Positions 60,122 to 64,000 of a stretch of 64,000 nt of DNA are shown here, one piece after another. Location: assembly GCA_052279835.1 (NCBI GenBank), contig CP181291.1:32001-96000 (forward strand), read 5' to 3'. Under the pieces are notes generated by a model. It saw only the letters and a program-made list of their open reading frames with translations, did no database searches and was not told the DNA's origin. This stretch comes from Microcoleus sp. GTDB lineage: Bacteria; Cyanobacteriota; Cyanobacteriia; Cyanobacteriales; Microcoleaceae. The position numbers were made by a program, and so were the translations under genes. The first letter of the stretch is position 1. Each line of letters opens with the position of its first letter.

Positions 60122-63100
60122 ATGCCTACTTTTGTTGAAAACATTGCCAGCTTTTTACCGATTCGTGTCTTAAATTGTTTGGCGGCCGAGACTACTCCTT
60201 TGGCTACTCCAGCTAGTAGCTCCTTTGAGGCCGCAGTATTATTTGTGGATATTTCTGGTTTTACTGCTCTTACTGAACGTCTAGCTCAAAAAGGTGCGAT
60301 TGGAGTCGAAGAATTAACGACTCATTTAAATGCTTATTTTGGTCAATTAATTGAATTAATAATCGCACATAAAGGGGATATTGTCAAATTTGCTGGAGAC
60401 GCTATGTTGGCGATTTGGCCGGCGCAAAATTTATCTTTAGATCTAGCGACTTATTGTGCGGCACAATGTGCTTTGGCGATTTTAAACGATTTGGGTAAAT
60501 ATCAAGCAGCAAATGCCCAGTTGCAATTGCATATTGGGATTGGGGCGGGTGAGTTAAAAGAGTTTTACATCGGTGGAATGAATGGTCGATGGGAGTATTT
60601 TGTGGCGGGGGAACCGATTGCTCAAGTGGCCCAGGCAGAAACTGCTGCTGGTATTGGTGAAGTTTGTTTGTCGCTGACTGCTTGGGAGTTGATTAAAGAC
60701 CAGTTTTTGGGAAAAATATTAGATTCAAATGTGGTGCTTTTGGAAGGGTTTAATCTGTTAAAATCTGTGGGAAATAGAAGGCTTTTAAATGTGCTTGAAC
60801 CTGCTCCGGTCGAGATTTATGATGAGATGCAAGAACGACTGGAAAGATATGTAAGTTTGGGGGTTGTGGATCGGTTAAAAGTCGGTCAAACTGCTTGGTT
60901 AGGAGAGTTGCGTCGCGTGAGTGTGATGTTTTTAAATTTGCCGGGGATGGATTATGATGCTGAGGAAGCTTTAGATTTTATCTCAACTATAATGAATGCT
61001 ATTCAAAATATTTTGCAAGTTTATGAGGGGACTTTAAATAAATTCTTGGTGGATGATAAAGGTAGTACCTTGGTGATTGGTTTTGGTTTGCCACCCTTTT
61101 CCCATGAGGATGATTCGGTGCGTTGTGCGATCGCGGGAATGGCGTTATTGGAAAAGTTAAGAAGTTTAGGATTGCAACCGAAGATCGGGATCGCGACTGG
61201 TATTTGTTACAGCGGTGTAATTGGTAGCGAGCAACGTCGAGAATATACGATTATCGGGGCGGTTGTGAATTTAGCGGCGCGATTGATGCAAGCGGCAAAA
61301 GACGGAATTTTGTGTGATGAGGGGACTTTTGAGTTCGCCAAATCAAGAATACAGTTTGAATCCTTAACTCCCATAAAACTTAAAGGTATAAAAGATGCCG
61401 TTCAGGTATTTTGTCCCCAAGGGGAGCTGCGTCAAGATTTGCCTTGGTGGATGGCAGAAAAAAGGCCACAGTCGATGGTGGGACGGGAAAAAGAACGGTT
61501 ATTGTTAAGGCGTAAATTAGAGGAGTTGAAAGCGGGTGTTTCTGGGGTGGTTGTAATTTGTGGGGATGCGGGAATTGGCAAGTCTTGTTTGATAGAAAAT
61601 TTGCTTTTGCAGGCGCAAGAATTGGGGGTGGGAAGTTTGGTAGGTACGGGAAATGCGATCGCTCGCTCGAAGCCTTATCATGCTTGGGACGCGGTATTTA
61701 GTCACTTGTGGGATTTGTCTTTTTTACCCGATCTAGAGGCGAAAAAATGTCAGGTTTTAGATTTATTGGAGGATGAACCGCAATGGTTGGAAAAAGCGGC
61801 GCTTTTAAATGAGGTTTTGGGTTTAGATTTGCCGGATACGGAGGTGTCGGCTGGGTTGGTGGGGGAGCAACGGGCGGCAGCGACGCGGGATTTGTTGGTG
61901 GAATTGTTGCAGGATTCGGTGAATCGCTCTCCTAAGTTGCTGGTTTTGGAGGATGCTCATTGGTTGGATTCGTCAAGTTGGGCGCTGGTTTTGGCGGTGG
62001 CGCAGAAGGTGAAGGGGTTGTTATTAGGGATTGGGGACAAGGCCCATGAGTGAGTCTGTGCCGGATGAGTACGATAAATTGCTGATGGTAGAAGGGGTAG
62101 AGCAGTTGCATTTGGAAGCAATGGCTGCTACAGATACCAGGGAGTTCTTGTGTCAGCGTTTGGGGGTAAACAGTTTGCCCGATCGCCTAGTGGAGTTAAT
62201 TGAGAAAAAAACAGAAGGAAATCCGTTTTTTAGTGAGGAATTAGCTTATAGTTTGCGCGAGGCTGGCGCGATCGAAGTTGATAACGGGGAGTGTCGAATT
62301 GCTGCGGGGGTTGGTAATTTGAACGAGCTAAATTTTCCGGCTACGGTGCAGGGGGTAATTGCTTCGCGGATCGATCGGCTTTCTGCTAGCGAACAGCTTA
62401 CATTGAAAGTGGCGAGTGCGATCGGTCGGTCCTTTGGATTTCAGTTGTTGCGAGATATTCATCCGATCGAGGATGATAAACCTGAGTTGCCTACTTATTT
62501 GATGAAGTTACAGCGGTTCGATCTTACCCCAATGGAGACGCCAGAGCCGGACTTGGGGTATATGTTTAAGCATATTATTACTCAGGAAGTAGCCTATGGT
62601 TTGATGTTGTATTCCCAGCGCCGCCAAGTTCATGAAAGTTTGGCGTTGTGGTATGAAAGAAGTTACGAAGAGTTATCGGGATTTTATGTAATTTTAGCCC
62701 ATCATTGGAGTAAAGCCATGGTGGCAGAAAAAGCAATTTTTTATTTAGAAAAAGCGGGGGAGCAGGCAGTGCGATCGCACGCTTTGCGCGAGGCGATCGA
62801 GCTATTTTCTGAGGCGTTGGAGTGGTTGGCAACTTTGCCAGATACGGTGGAGAGAAAAGAGCAAGAGTTGCGTTTGCAAATCGCTTTGGGTGCGCCGTTA
62901 ATGGCGATTAAAGGTTATGGTGCTGTTGAAGTGAAAAAAACCTACGATCGAGCCAGAGAACTTGGTCAAGAAGTTGGACAAGTATCTCAACTATTTTTTA
63001 TTTTAAATGGTTTGGCGTTGTCTTGTTTTAGTCAATCGGATTTTCCAGCTTCTATGGAATTTTGTAAGCAATTTGAAGCTTTAGCTGAAACTACGCAAGA

Positions 63101-64000
63101 GCAGCGAATGTTCCCCATAGTTGGTCATTCATACGGTTGTAATTTATTCCATTTGGGTGAATTTAATCAAGCGCGAACTTACACAGAGTTGGCAATAGAA
63201 ACTTACCGGGCAGAAAACCATGAGTTTTATATCGCTAAGTACGGGCAAGATCCAGCAATGGGTGGTTTTTTGTTTGACTGTCTAGCTAACTGGTTGTTGG
63301 GTTATCCAGATGTTGCTATCCAGCAGAGTGAAAAAATGCTTGCCCTAGCGCAAAAATTATCGCATCCGTTTAGCTTGGCTTATGCTTTTAACTGTAAGGC
63401 CTGGTTTGCTTTATACAGTAAACAAGTGACAAACGCTTTACAACAAGCCGATGCGTTAATGGCTGTGGCGGTTGAAAATGAGTTTCCTTTTTTTATCATG
63501 CTATCGAATTTTATTCGGGCTTGGGTTGCAATCCAACTCAATCAACCAGAAGCAGCAATTAATCAAATAGAAGAAACTTTAACAATGTGGAAGTCTGTGG
63601 GAGCAGTTTTAGCGAGGCACTGTCATTTAACATTCCTGGCAGAAGGCTATGGGAAACTCAAAAAACCGGCAGTGGCCTTAGAAATTTTAGCTGAGTGCAT
63701 TGATGAAATACAAAGGACAAAAGAGTGTTTCTGGGAAGCTGAAGTTTATCGCCTCAAGGGGGAGTTTTTGTTAGATTTAAACCGAGTTAAAGAGGCGGAA
63801 GAAAATTACTTAAAAAGTATCGATGTGGCACGTCGCCAAGAGGCAAAGTCTTTGGAATTACGATCTACTGTTTCTTTGTGTCGCTTGTGGCAACAGCAAG
63901 GCAAAACTCTTGAAGCCAAAGCTTTGCTGAGTGAGATTTATGGCTGGTTTACGCAAGGCTTTGATATGCCAGATTTAATCGCCGCACAACAATTGCTTGG
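60122..64000 (+). pseudogene. Soluble-AC-like tandem cyclase + AAA ATPase + TPR protein, +1 frameshift at 62033-62036, runs off the window end
   Basis: FVDISGFT, KFAGDA, DDKG, Walker A GDAGIGKS, LEDAHWLD; the downstream frame continues GNPFF..FKH..SLELR..GFD.PDL. Confidence 0.8.

Noticed and set aside
1..64000. General abundance of GCGATCGC
   Set aside because: Ordinary HIP1 enrichment; only the paired, conserved linker form is reported.

Overview
Chromosomal window from a filamentous cyanobacterium. The dense HIP1 octamer GCGATCGC, heptamer tandem repeats, apcD, cphA2 and the panC-cmk fusion suggest an Oscillatoriales/Microcoleus-like organism (inferred). Bases 1-5.6 kb are the end of a probable type III CRISPR-Cas locus: a partial HEPN effector, csx18, cas1, cas2, the leader, and 29 repeats with 28 spacers, followed by an unannotated 47-aa hydrophobic ORF. 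Bases 9-19 kb are an accessory island. It holds three DUF433/DUF5615 toxin-antitoxin (TA) pairs, three orphan antitoxins, a frameshifted DUF6883 with DUF4926, xisHI, Uma2, an unknown 3-gene operon and a modular LGFP/C39-peptidase protein. In 13.9-17.4 kb the modules are separated by a recurring HIP1-bounded linker, which resembles a gene-cassette array. The island ends at a perfect 52-bp palindrome flanked by two convergent sigma70-like promoters. The rest is mostly housekeeping and signalling: purM, rlpA, panC-cmk, apcD, modA/modBC, RND efflux, mazG, tRNA-Val, a Cph2-like phytochrome, cphB/cphA2, coaBC and two adenylate cyclases. It also carries IS200/IS605 right-end remnants, many REP/MITE-like repeats (some inside genes) and two more frameshifted genes. 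All family assignments come from motif recognition, not database searches.
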